Of a DNA stretch of 54,675 bases, positions 1 to 8,516 are shown in pieces (position 1 is the stretch's first letter; each line of letters opens with the position of its first letter). The notes under the pieces are model-generated. The model saw nothing but the letters and a program-made list of their open reading frames with translations. It made no database searches and had not been told where the DNA came from. A program made the position numbers and the translations under genes. Source of the stretch: a virus (taxonomy: Duplodnaviria; Caudoviricetes); IMG/VR virus record IMGVR_UViG_3300030333_004255, positions 1 through 54,675 of that record. One strand, written 5' to 3'.

Positions 1-722
1 TGATCTTTGCCGCCTTGATCTTGAGCAGTCACGCCAGCTTCAACGAAGAGTTCGCTCTTCGAGATAACCTGACTAACAGTCTTGAGAAGACCTTCGATCT
101 TCTGAGCTGCTTCCGCGTCATGGCTATGAAGCGACTTGACCATAAGACCAAGCTCGTCTGCTGTATGGCCAGGGATGTTCCCGTAGCTCTTAGCAGCTTT
201 CTCAATAAACTCTTTGGTGAGACGCTCGTCGCGCTCAACCTTGAGAACCTCTTCGAGTTCCGCTGCTTTCTTTACAGCTTCCTCGTTTGCCTTCCAAAGA
301 TTCTCAACTTGAGCGCGTACCTCATCAGGGATGTCATTCATATTGATTGAATCTTCAGAAGACTTTTCCATTGCGACATCTTCTTGTGCCATAGGAGTCT
401 CCTGTACTTCTTCCGGTTTTTCGAAATCGAGAAGCGTAGCCAAAGCGACCAACGCATCCTTCATCCCTGTTTCATCCTTGTACGCCTGAACAATTCTCAT
501 CGCTCCGATGAGTCCGTGTCGTGCGTCGTCGGTCAGTTCTTTACTCACCAGAGCTTCAACCACCTCAGTCTCTTGCTCCAGTGGGACATCGATAATGTCT
601 TTAATAATGTCGTTCATTTGTTCTGCTTTCCTAATAGCAAACACACGCTGATTAGCGCCCTTATCCACGAGGGACACTTCTACAGTATCTAGATCGATCA
701 GCGTATTGACGGTATCTTCCAT
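1..722 (-). CDS. Capsid scaffolding protein, 5' part (joins 722..2 to 54577..54441; about 285 aa)
   Basis: My translation, missing from the ORF track: MEDTVNTLIDLDTVEVSLVDKGANQRVFAIRKAEQ..., acidic and coiled-coil-like. It lies between the protease and the decoration/capsid genes. Confidence 0.8.
   Translation of the reverse strand, partial: MEDTVNTLIDLDTVEVSLVDKGANQRVFAIRKAEQMNDIIKDIIDVPLEQETEVVEALVSKELTDDARHGLIGAMRIVQAYKDETGMKDALVALATLLDFEKPEEVQETPMAQEDVAMEKSSEDSINMNDIPDEVRAQVENLWKANEEAVKKAAELEEVLKVERDERLTKEFIEKAAKSYGNIPGHTADELGLMVKSLHSHDAEAAQKIEGLLKTVSQVISKSELFVEAGVTAQDQGGKD
2..99. repeat. Terminal direct repeat, left copy (assembly circularisation overlap)
   Basis: 2..99 is identical to 54578..54675 (98 bp), and an ORF reads in frame across the junction. 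Confidence 0.95.
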
Positions 723-830
723 AAACCCGCAGTCCTTTGCGAATGAACATAAATATACTGGTGCTTTGAATCAGCTAAGGTGGGACTTTAAATCAGTCTA
801 TGTGTGAGCAATTAAATCTACTCAAATAGA

Positions 831-859
831 ATTGTAAAGAAATCTTTAGTTTTCGTCAA
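831..859 (-). promoter_or_regulatory. Sigma70-type promoter for the scaffold/capsid operon
   Basis: TTGACG-N17-TACAAT on the minus strand in the AT-rich gap 723-885. Confidence 0.7.
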
Positions 860-885
860 GTTAGTAAAGACTTCTTTGTTTTTGA

Positions 886-2580
886 CTAGCTTCTTGTTGG
901 GGGTGCAAATGAGTTACCCCCTGTTGGCCCCCTATTATAAGGTGTATCTACTGTGGCCGTAGGCTCCCCTTCTAACCTATCCGCTAGTGATGGTGGCCGG
1001 GGGGCTTGCATTGTGTGGTATGTAATATTCGGTAGCTCGGATTTCTTTCGCTCGATACGATGGCCATAGCCACCAATACTGAACCCAGTAATAGAGCCGT
1101 CCATAACAGCCTTATATTCCTCGTCGCCAAGTCTGACTCCCATCACCCAGGTACCTGAAGTGATGTAGTCGTCACCAAAGGGAATCCTGTATGAATTATG
1201 GTCTTCCCCGGCTAGAGCCTTCCGATAATCCTCATCGGAAGGATAATGAACTACATATGATTCTACCACCTTAGCGTTTGCTAAGGATGTATGCTGCCTG
1301 CCTACCGTTCTGCTCTTCTCCAGATATTTGTGAGCCGTGTCTTCAATCTCACCAACCGGAACCATATCCCCATGAGCGTCCTCTTCATCTGGAGATAGAA
1401 CAGCAGAATAGACAATTCTCTTCGAGTCATCACTCTTGGTGATCGAGACTTCAAAGTCTTCACTCTGTTTGTCCTCCACATATTTAAACATCGACTTAAC
1501 TTTGCGACCCACTTCACCAGAGTCTCCGTGGCGACGCAGTGCGGCAGGATGAGGGAGAGTGAAATCTGCTTTCTCCCCCAGATATTCCTTAGCCACTCTA
1601 CCCAATGCTACAGTAAGGGTATGTTCATTTGACTTCTCAGGGTACATATCCGCATATCGTTCTATATCTAAGATATCTACATCTGATTTAACTACACCCA
1701 TAGGGTCTAGATAACTGTTCTTAAATACAGCTCCGTCTGGACCCACCAGAAACTCACGCCTTGCTTTCTCAAGAGGTGTTGGTTCTGCAACTACAAACAG
1801 AATATCAGACTTTCCTACGAGCCTAGCCATTTGGTCTCCCCCACTTATTGGCAGCTTACGTCTAACCATTTCGCGCAATATTAAACGCGCTGCCTTTAAC
1901 ATTCCTAGACGCTTCTCGCCTTTAGTATTTCCCATCCCATACCACTGCTTCAGACGCTTCCACATCATTCGCAAATCGTGGTCCTTCATATTGCGAACTA
2001 CGTTTGTAGTAATATCGTAGAGACGGACTTGAGGCCCACCCCTCTTACTCCCCTCAGCTTTCTTCGCCTCTTCACGACGGACAACTGACTCAGACCAACG
2101 CTTACCAGCGTCCCCACCCCAGAGAAGCCAAGCGATGAAACCATTGGTTGGCTTTGAGTCACTACCCCATCTGCGCCCTTGAGAGTCAGGCCCCGTCTTC
2201 TTGTCGCCTTTGTGTCGGCTGAAGTAAGCTTTCATTCTCTTAACGGTAGAGTATGAAACCTTCCCCCCGATCAAGTCACGAGCCCTAGCAATACCAGAGC
2301 CGATACCCTGCTTGCCCGCTTCCTGTGGAGTTAGCCCCCCGCGTCCAAACTTCTCACGAAGTCGGAGACCTCTGCGAGCAGCCGACCGAACATCTTGAGG
2401 AACCGTAAAAGACTCCTCCTTCTGCATATGCGTTTCGATTAGCTCGACTTCCAAAACCTCAGTGGCTTTGTCATGAGGCACAAAACCATCAGGTGGGTTA
2501 GCCATGAGCTTCACACCGTCTATGTCATACACCATCCAGTGATGACCTTTGGGAGCAGGCACCTTAATAGTTTTAGGCAT
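886..2580 (-). CDS. Multidomain prohead protease (XkdF-like C-terminal domain, central UDG-like domain, N-terminal head-associated domain)
   Basis: KRIVYSAVLSPDEEDAHGD...H...VVESY...GTWVMG...ITGFSIGG matches the XkdF-type serine protease pattern; directly downstream of the portal gene. Confidence 0.85.
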   Translation of the reverse strand: MPKTIKVPAPKGHHWMVYDIDGVKLMANPPDGFVPHDKATEVLEVELIETHMQKEESFTVPQDVRSAARRGLRLREKFGRGGLTPQEAGKQGIGSGIARARDLIGGKVSYSTVKRMKAYFSRHKGDKKTGPDSQGRRWGSDSKPTNGFIAWLLWGGDAGKRWSESVVRREEAKKAEGSKRGGPQVRLYDITTNVVRNMKDHDLRMMWKRLKQWYGMGNTKGEKRLGMLKAARLILREMVRRKLPISGGDQMARLVGKSDILFVVAEPTPLEKARREFLVGPDGAVFKNSYLDPMGVVKSDVDILDIERYADMYPEKSNEHTLTVALGRVAKEYLGEKADFTLPHPAALRRHGDSGEVGRKVKSMFKYVEDKQSEDFEVSITKSDDSKRIVYSAVLSPDEEDAHGDMVPVGEIEDTAHKYLEKSRTVGRQHTSLANAKVVESYVVHYPSDEDYRKALAGEDHNSYRIPFGDDYITSGTWVMGVRLGDEEYKAVMDGSITGFSIGGYGHRIERKKSELPNITYHTMQAPRPPSLADRLEGEPTATVDTPYNRGPTGGNSFAPPTRS

Positions 2581-3949
2581 CTGTATCCTCCACCTCTGCT
2601 ACAGGCTCTTCTAACTCAGCCGGTTCTTCCATCTGCTCCAAGTCACCCATAAGACCAGCTGCCCTAATATCAGGGTCAGCCTTGGGCAGCCGACTCATCG
2701 CACGAAGGTGATCTTCAATCTTCTTATCGGGAGTAATGAGCCCAGCCATAACCATCCGGTTAAGGAAGTTGGACATCTCTTCGAGCTGAGGAGTATCAAT
2801 CGGAGATGTATCTACCTTGGGCCAAATCTCTTGGTCGAACTCAGGGTTGAGAGCAAAGAGCTTGTTAACCGCGAAGCGGTTGAAGACACTCTTAATATTA
2901 TCGACAAGACTTCCCAAAGACATCTGGAACATCTTCATCTTATTACCGACCAGGGAACTACTGCTCCCGCCATCGGCACCCAGAGTTACGAACTCTGTAA
3001 ACGTAGACATTGCGATACGAGATTCATAACGCTTCACTACTTCGTCCGTCGCTATCTGCCGACTACCACCTGTAGTCAAAAGTGAAAGCTTGTAGCCTGT
3101 TGGCCTACCCTCTGGGTCTGTCTCGGACGGCATCAAGATACCAGCCCGCTCATCTCGCCGAATCTGCTGGACTAGGTTCTCTAGGTCTGAACGTAGAGTC
3201 GCGTCCCCAGAATCTGCATCAGTAGACAGGATGCGTGGCGGCACCTGCATCACAGGCAAACCAGCTAAGTCACGCTCAATTCCAATTGCTTCAATCTCTT
3301 GGATGCGGCGTAGGAAGTACCAGCTACGGTAGGCATTACGTAGGATGCTTCTACCCTGTGGATTATTTCTCGTAGTTCGTGTACGAAAGAGAAGCGACTT
3401 TTCCATAGGGACAAAGTGCTGAGTGTAGTCAGGAAGGCCAGATTGGTGCATACCCAAGATGCCCCCATCACTATCTATCTCCCACCGATCTAGCGTTTCC
3501 TGACCACGAGGCGCAAACATGCGCCAACCTACTCGATTATCTTTATACCGACTGTTGAGATTAGGGTTCTTATTCTTACCCCGTCGAATCTTGTACAGCA
3601 CTTCGAAGTAACTGAAACCGTATGGCAGCATTGTTAGTACTTCTGAGATGAAGTCACCCCAGGTATTAGACATGTCATCTAAACATTGCTCTAAAAACTC
3701 TGCCGCTTCCTGAGCTTCGTCGCTGTCGTCTGCGGGCTTCACATGCCAATCGAGCCCGCGAATCAGAGACTCAATGCCGTGAAGCATCGCCCCAACGATA
3801 GGATCGTTGTCACGCATCTCAGTGTAGACTTTGAACTCCCGCTCCCACGTCGAGAGTTTGGCGTGCCACTCTTCATCGATATACCCACCGTAATGCTTGA
3901 GCCCGGTAGTACCGTGGATTCTCAAGTCGGCTTTCTTTTTCCTAGGCAT
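2573..3949 (-). CDS. Portal protein (DUF935/Mu gp29-like)
   Basis: 458 aa directly after terL; NPQGRSILRNAYRSW and EAIGIERDLAGLP motifs typical of this portal family. Confidence 0.9.
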   Translation of the reverse strand: MPRKKKADLRIHGTTGLKHYGGYIDEEWHAKLSTWEREFKVYTEMRDNDPIVGAMLHGIESLIRGLDWHVKPADDSDEAQEAAEFLEQCLDDMSNTWGDFISEVLTMLPYGFSYFEVLYKIRRGKNKNPNLNSRYKDNRVGWRMFAPRGQETLDRWEIDSDGGILGMHQSGLPDYTQHFVPMEKSLLFRTRTTRNNPQGRSILRNAYRSWYFLRRIQEIEAIGIERDLAGLPVMQVPPRILSTDADSGDATLRSDLENLVQQIRRDERAGILMPSETDPEGRPTGYKLSLLTTGGSRQIATDEVVKRYESRIAMSTFTEFVTLGADGGSSSSLVGNKMKMFQMSLGSLVDNIKSVFNRFAVNKLFALNPEFDQEIWPKVDTSPIDTPQLEEMSNFLNRMVMAGLITPDKKIEDHLRAMSRLPKADPDIRAAGLMGDLEQMEEPAELEEPVAEVEDTDA

Positions 3950-3953
3950 CTAA

Positions 3954-5432
3954 TCAAACCCCCCAAGGGCTAGTTCTCAAACCAGCGTTTGAAACCACTA
4001 GGTCCGTAATAAACTCTCTATGGCTTTTAAAAGCCAGGGCTAATGCGTCCGCACGGTCAGGGGACAGTATCCCCCGTCTACGCATCTCGTCTTTCGACTC
4101 AATCTTAATCTTGCCCTTTGAATCAATCGTGTACTGAAGCTCGGATAGCTGGACTGCCATGTCCTCATCACGAGGATCGATGTCCATATCACCCTTCTCA
4201 AAACGCTCGCGTAGGTTCCAGTACAGCTCAGCACGCTCGTTGAGGAACCTATTCTTGTCCGTTGCACTACGAGATACGTTCACATCTACGATAGCTCGCT
4301 TGAATTCAGACTCTTTCAGGCGGTCGATAACGCCACCACCTACACCACAACCGTCCACGAAGATGGATTCAGGTCCGTTCTGTCGGGCAAGTTCTATGAT
4401 TTTGCCCACAGAATTCATCGTATTACTGTCATTCCATGCACCAATAACACGCGCTTTAGATCCTTTACGCATCACAACTATCGTTTCATTGCTCCCAAAC
4501 CGTGCGATATCCACACCAAATGTACAGATACCGTCCTCATGTAGCGTTCTATTTTTCGCTTCGTCTACCCAGGCCATCGGAATCAACGCATTGTCCTGAT
4601 TGTCTGGGAACTGACCAAGCACTCGCGCCTGCCAAATAGGAGAGCTGTCGCCATACTTTTCATACTGAGCGCGTGCCCAGTGAGGCGTTACCAAAGTCGG
4701 GTAAGGAAGGGGGGAGTGGATTTTGTTCTCCCACCTGTTCGTCGAAACATCTTCTGGAGTAATACCGAACGTCGTGAAATTAGGTGTATCAAAGCAAGAC
4801 ACAGCAAAATTGCTACAAGCAGGGTTTTTAAACGCACGCCCAAACGGAGTGTTCTCATTGGTGGGGTTACCTATTCGCAACAATCTACTGTGAGAACTAC
4901 TCAGGATAGATTCGATACCTTGATCTATGGCATCCGTGATGCCACAAGCTTCATCAACCACAACAAGGCAGTGCTCCGCATGGAACCCCTGAAACTTATC
5001 CGGGTCGTAATCGTTCGCCGTAAACCCCATCGCCATCCAGTCAGAAGAAATATTCAACTGCTGTTTGAGCATCTTGCCACCCAAGGGAATCTTGCTCTTA
5101 GCGTGGGCTGTACGAATCTCCTTCCAGAGAATCCCCCTAACCTGACGGTCAGTAGGAGCAGTCGTGATGACTAGAGAGGAAGGGAAGTTGTACAGGAACC
5201 ACATGACTGCGCGAGATGCCAGCCAGGACTTACCAATACCGTGGCCAGAACGAACATTCGTCTCGCGGTGGTCTGCTACTGATTGGAGAACTTGAGATTG
5301 TACAGGCCAAGGTCTCTCTCCCAACACCTGACGTATCCACCAAGTAGGGTTAGACCTAGACTTCGCAAGCAGGGAGTGCTTGTTCTTATATGCACCGATA
5401 GGTGCTCCTGAACTTTCAGCAGCGTCTGCCAT
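3954..5432 (-). CDS. terL: Terminase large subunit
   Basis: Walker A SGHGIGKS, Walker B VVVDEA, IGNP motif, RNase H-like GVDIARFG and SPDRADAL. Confidence 0.97.
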   Translation of the reverse strand: MADAAESSGAPIGAYKNKHSLLAKSRSNPTWWIRQVLGERPWPVQSQVLQSVADHRETNVRSGHGIGKSWLASRAVMWFLYNFPSSLVITTAPTDRQVRGILWKEIRTAHAKSKIPLGGKMLKQQLNISSDWMAMGFTANDYDPDKFQGFHAEHCLVVVDEACGITDAIDQGIESILSSSHSRLLRIGNPTNENTPFGRAFKNPACSNFAVSCFDTPNFTTFGITPEDVSTNRWENKIHSPLPYPTLVTPHWARAQYEKYGDSSPIWQARVLGQFPDNQDNALIPMAWVDEAKNRTLHEDGICTFGVDIARFGSNETIVVMRKGSKARVIGAWNDSNTMNSVGKIIELARQNGPESIFVDGCGVGGGVIDRLKESEFKRAIVDVNVSRSATDKNRFLNERAELYWNLRERFEKGDMDIDPRDEDMAVQLSELQYTIDSKGKIKIESKDEMRRRGILSPDRADALALAFKSHREFITDLVVSNAGLRTSPWGV

Positions 5433-5477
5433 TTTTATTTATAGTCCGCATTTGAATCAGCGGGGTTACGAGTCGTA

Positions 5478-5930
5478 TCAATCTGACTCTATTACGACCT
5501 CATTTGAATCAGAGGTCTTCTCATCGTTCATAACAAACTCTGCCCAGTTGGCAATATTAATAGCGCCGCCATTCGGCCCAGATAGCTCATGCCGAACCGG
5601 CGCATCCAAACCAATCAACTTGGAGCGACGCTCCATGATTCGGAGCACAGAGTTTACTGCCTTGTCATTACCACCCATCGCATCTGGCCACACCGCGTTG
5701 GTTAGGTGATCCAGTCTCTCTAGTTCAAGATATACCATCTCTTCTAGGTCCAGGTTAGATTCTACATTCTTCACCAGGTTGCTCATGCGGCTGCGAACCC
5801 GACCCAACGGGACATCCAGAGTCTTAGAGATTTGTGCGTAGGTCTTACCCTGGATACGCAGAGCCAATACCTGAGCTGTCTCTTTGTCCAGCTTGAATGG
5901 CTTCTTCTCTAAGTTCTGTAGAGCAGTCAT
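5478..5930 (-). CDS. terS: Terminase small subunit
   Basis: N-terminal HTH (GKTYAQISKTLDVP), ERRSKLIGLDAP and ELSGPNGGAI tail; lies upstream of terL. Confidence 0.8.
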   Translation of the reverse strand: MTALQNLEKKPFKLDKETAQVLALRIQGKTYAQISKTLDVPLGRVRSRMSNLVKNVESNLDLEEMVYLELERLDHLTNAVWPDAMGGNDKAVNSVLRIMERRSKLIGLDAPVRHELSGPNGGAINIANWAEFVMNDEKTSDSNEVVIESD

Positions 5931-5936
5931 GAATTC

Positions 5937-5965
5937 ATGATAGCTTATGATTTAATTCTAAACAA
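5937..5965 (-). promoter_or_regulatory. Putative promoter for a leaderless terS transcript
   Basis: TTGTTT-N17-TATCAT ends 6 nt before the terS ATG, with no Shine-Dalgarno. Confidence 0.45.
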
Positions 5966-6127
5966 GTAGTGAGAATCGAGGCACGTGGAAGCGTTAGTCG
6001 GGAGATACTTCCACGGCACTCGATTGAAGGGGGCGAGCACATCCATCGTGCGCGTGAAGCACCCACCCCAAAAAGCACTCGTAAAAATAGTAGTAGGTGT
6101 CGGAGTTTAGTGCAAGTTCTCAGCTAT

Positions 6128-6215
6128 GACGCAGTGCGTTAATAGTTGGGAAATTACAAAAATTTTGTGTGAGGTTACCCGCAGGCCTAACGCAGCGCGT
6201 TAGACGCAGCGCGTC
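6128..6215. repeat. Three near-palindromic RACGCAGYGCGTY boxes
   Basis: Copies at 6128-6140, 6189-6201 and 6203-6215. Confidence 0.6.
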
Positions 6216-6231
6216 ACAGGATGTGGGGGGT

Positions 6232-6305
6232 CAAGTAGCAAGTAGCAAGTAGCACTAGCGGCAAGTAGCAAGTAGCAAGTAGACCTAGCAGCAAGTAGCA
6301 AGTAG
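6232..6305 (+). repeat. CAAGTAG heptamer array (8 copies)
   Basis: (CAAGTAG)3-CACTAGCGG-(CAAGTAG)3-ACCTAGCAG-(CAAGTAG)2. Confidence 0.95.
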
Positions 6306-6355
6306 TAGGCGCTACTACCCACTAAGGAAAAGCGAAAGAAAAGTTAGCTATAGGC

Positions 6356-6384
6356 TTGACAGGACCTTCCACATGCTTCACAAT
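6356..6384 (+). promoter_or_regulatory. Early sigma70-type promoter
   Basis: TTGACA-N17-CACAAT with an A-rich upstream tract; followed by three short hairpins (about 6391-6447). Confidence 0.7.
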
Positions 6385-6456
6385 GGGGCTGGGACTTGTC
6401 CCGCCGCCTACACAATGTAGGCGGGTTGGTCCTACCAATTAGGTAGGGGTGGTTAC

Positions 6457-6525
6457 TGTCCAATGGTTGGACACTAACTTACTGTCCAAGGTTGGACACT
6501 AACAGTTACTGTCCAAGGTTGGACA
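6457..6525. promoter_or_regulatory. Three tandem TGTCCAA-NN-TTGGACA palindromes
   Basis: 6457-6473 (3-nt spacer), 6483-6498 and 6510-6525, within a repeated TTACTGTCCAAGGTTGGACA(CTAAC) unit. Confidence 0.85.
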
Positions 6526-6529
6526 GAAA

Positions 6530-7483
6530 GTGAAATCAGTCATGGCAAAATCAGCTGACATGAAAAAGCAAGAAGCACACAAGGTTAACTCTACTAAGGC
6601 AGCCTATGCGACCCTAGCAACGCTCAACACGTTGTCCGATATTGCGACTCGGATTGCAGGTCAAGGTGTCGTTGTCCTACGCTCGCCAGCAAGTGGCAAG
6701 GTGCGAGGTGGCAAGCGTGAGACACCCGTAGACGTATTCGACGCGTCTCAATATGGGAAGTCTAAGGCTGCCAGTGCAGGCACTTACAAGGCTGGACATG
6801 CTCATATCTACATTAGCCAAGCGTGTACGCTGAAAGAGGTTCAAGAGTGCCTGGCCAAGGGGCTTTATACGCTCAAGTTCCACCAACCTATCAAAGGTGA
6901 CGCTAGCCTAGAACCGCGCAAGGCAGACCCATTCACGGGAAAAGACCTTACAGGCAAACCAGGTAAGGCTGAATGGAAGTGGGCACGCGCGCAGCTGGCC
7001 CCATTCTCGTCTCAGATTGCGAAGCTATACTGGAGTCCGCTAAAGGCTGTATCATCGGCCAAGCGGGACGCTACCAAGGCCAAGCAAGAAGCAGCCAAGC
7101 AAGAAGCTGAAAAGGGAATGAGCGAAGCTGAGAAGGCTCTTAGCGCTTTCCGCGAAGCTAACAAGCTACCTAAGGTAAGATGGACTCTAGACGGCGCTAA
7201 GATGGACAAGCTACCCTTGGACCAAGTGGAGCGAATCCAAGGTGCAATGACTAAGGCTATGGCCAAGCGGGTTGTCATCAACGCGGCCGACCTTACCAAG
7301 GCCAAGGCATACCGTGACGAAATCACGCCACTGGTAGACGCCGCGCTCAAGTCTCAACCTGCGACTGCAAGCACGGCGGAAAAGAGTCAAGCAGATACCA
7401 AGGCCAAGGCCAAGCGTGCGAACAAGGTCGCAGGTGTCAAGGCCACTCCTAGCCTAAGAGCGGAGTCAGCCAAGGCCAGCTAA
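6530..7483 (+). CDS. First early protein, Lys/Ala-rich, function unknown (start GTG 6530 or ATG 6542)
   Basis: 317-aa ORF directly after the early promoter and palindrome triplet. Confidence 0.8.
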   Translation: MKSVMAKSADMKKQEAHKVNSTKAAYATLATLNTLSDIATRIAGQGVVVLRSPASGKVRGGKRETPVDVFDASQYGKSKAASAGTYKAGHAHIYISQACTLKEVQECLAKGLYTLKFHQPIKGDASLEPRKADPFTGKDLTGKPGKAEWKWARAQLAPFSSQIAKLYWSPLKAVSSAKRDATKAKQEAAKQEAEKGMSEAEKALSAFREANKLPKVRWTLDGAKMDKLPLDQVERIQGAMTKAMAKRVVINAADLTKAKAYRDEITPLVDAALKSQPATASTAEKSQADTKAKAKRANKVAGVKATPSLRAESAKAS

Positions 7484-7545
7484 GCATTCATGCCCTAGCG
7501 CCTCTTAGAATGGATTCTAAGGGGCCCTAGCGGGATAAATGCTTA
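7481..7545 (+). other. Long intergenic hairpin (possible RNase III-type processing site)
   Basis: TAAGCATT/AATGCTTA base, CTAG/CTAG middle, CTTAGAAT/ATTCTAAG top; no U-tract. Confidence 0.55.
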
Positions 7546-7546
7546 G

Positions 7547-7562
7547 TGTCCAAGGTTGGACA
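7547..7562. promoter_or_regulatory. TGTCCAA-NN-TTGGACA palindrome
   Basis: TGTCCAAGGTTGGACA upstream of ORF 7584. Confidence 0.85.
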
Positions 7563-7583
7563 TAAACACACAGGAGACACACA

Positions 7584-7991
7584 ATGCGGAAACACGAAAG
7601 ACTTAGAACACTAGCTGCGCGGCAACTAGACAAGATGACCAGGGAAGCGCAGCTAGACCTAGCACGTTGCACACAAGGGGCGCGAACTAACTACGAGGCT
7701 CGTCGAAAGCAAAACCAGGTGTTCCCGCTCCCAGAGCACCCTATAGGCTCTAACGATTTCAGTGGCTGGTTCCACGGGTCAGGCCAGTTCAAGGTATGGG
7801 GTGCGATGTCCTATCGGGCTAGGGTAGAACTGGCTAGGGTAGCCAAGCCACTAGCAGCCCCTGGGGCGCTGTACGAGAGTGGTATGGCTAACGAGCGGAC
7901 CAGCCCCTACGAGTCAGCGAAGCTAGACGACAATGGGTCCATTCCGAGCGAGTGCGCCTACCTGCTACGCGTCGCGGTTGGTATAGAGTAG
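7584..7991 (+). CDS. Hypothetical early protein
   Basis: 135 aa; RBS CAGGAGACACACAATG. Confidence 0.7.
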   Translation: MRKHERLRTLAARQLDKMTREAQLDLARCTQGARTNYEARRKQNQVFPLPEHPIGSNDFSGWFHGSGQFKVWGAMSYRARVELARVAKPLAAPGALYESGMANERTSPYESAKLDDNGSIPSECAYLLRVAVGIE

Positions 7992-8010
7992 AAAGTATCA
8001 CTACCCACTA

Positions 8011-8148
8011 GGTGCACCACAAAAGTGGTGCATCGTTTGGACTGAAAATGACACAGTGCATAACCACAAAAGTGACTCACGCCACAAAAGTGACGCACCA
8101 CAAAAGTGGTGTCTCCAAATGGATACGCCACAAAAGTGGTGTCTCCAA
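8011..8148 (+). repeat. CCACAAAAGTG repeats (5 copies)
   Basis: Copies start at 8017, 8064, 8082, 8098 and 8128. Confidence 0.9.
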
Positions 8149-8189
8149 TCGTTTACAAGATGTATCCAAGTGGAGACGCCGAAATAGTG

Positions 8190-8322
8190 GTGCCATACAT
8201 GTATGGCAACGTACGTTGCCATATGTTGCCATATGTTGCCATACGTTGCCCTATACGTATGGCAACGTATGTTGCCCTATGTTGCCCTATGTTGCCATAC
8301 GTTGCCATACGTTGCCATACGT
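8190..8322 (+). repeat. 10-bp GTTGCCMTAY tandem array (9 direct and 2 inverted copies)
   Basis: gttgccatat, gttgccatac and gttgccctat units, plus inverted atggcaac copies. Confidence 0.95.
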
Positions 8323-8387
8323 CCTCGCGCGCATGTGGGCGCATGTGTGCGCGCACGACGTAATACAGCGCGAAAATTCTCGAATAC

Positions 8388-8468
8388 TTTTTTTTACGCG
8401 TCACGTGTAAGGGAATTTTTGAAAAAATATTTTTTTTTACGCGTCACGTGTAGAGGAATTTTTGAAAA
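8388..8468 (+). repeat. Two AT-rich direct repeats of about 38 bp
   Basis: T8-ACGCGTCACGTGTA-RRGGAATTTTTGAAAA at 8388-8425 and 8431-8468. Confidence 0.9.
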
Positions 8469-8478
8469 CTTTTTTTAG

Positions 8479-8494
8479 TGTCCAAGTTTGGACA
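8479..8494. promoter_or_regulatory. TGTCCAA-NN-TTGGACA palindrome
   Basis: TGTCCAAGTTTGGACA. Confidence 0.85.
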
Positions 8495-8516
8495 CAAACA
8501 CCAGGAGATACACACA

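Noticed and set aside
2-99. The 98-bp end repeat as the biological terminal repeat
   Set aside because: It falls in the middle of a gene, and its length fits an assembler k-mer overlap.
15-692. Plus-strand ORFs 15..350 and 384..692, and similar antisense ORFs such as 18544..19011
   Set aside because: They are shadows of well-supported genes on the opposite strand.
6453-6530. Palindrome triplet and dispersed copies as a CRISPR array
   Set aside because: There are no unique spacers of uniform length; the copies are adjacent or separated by whole genes, and there is no cas operon.
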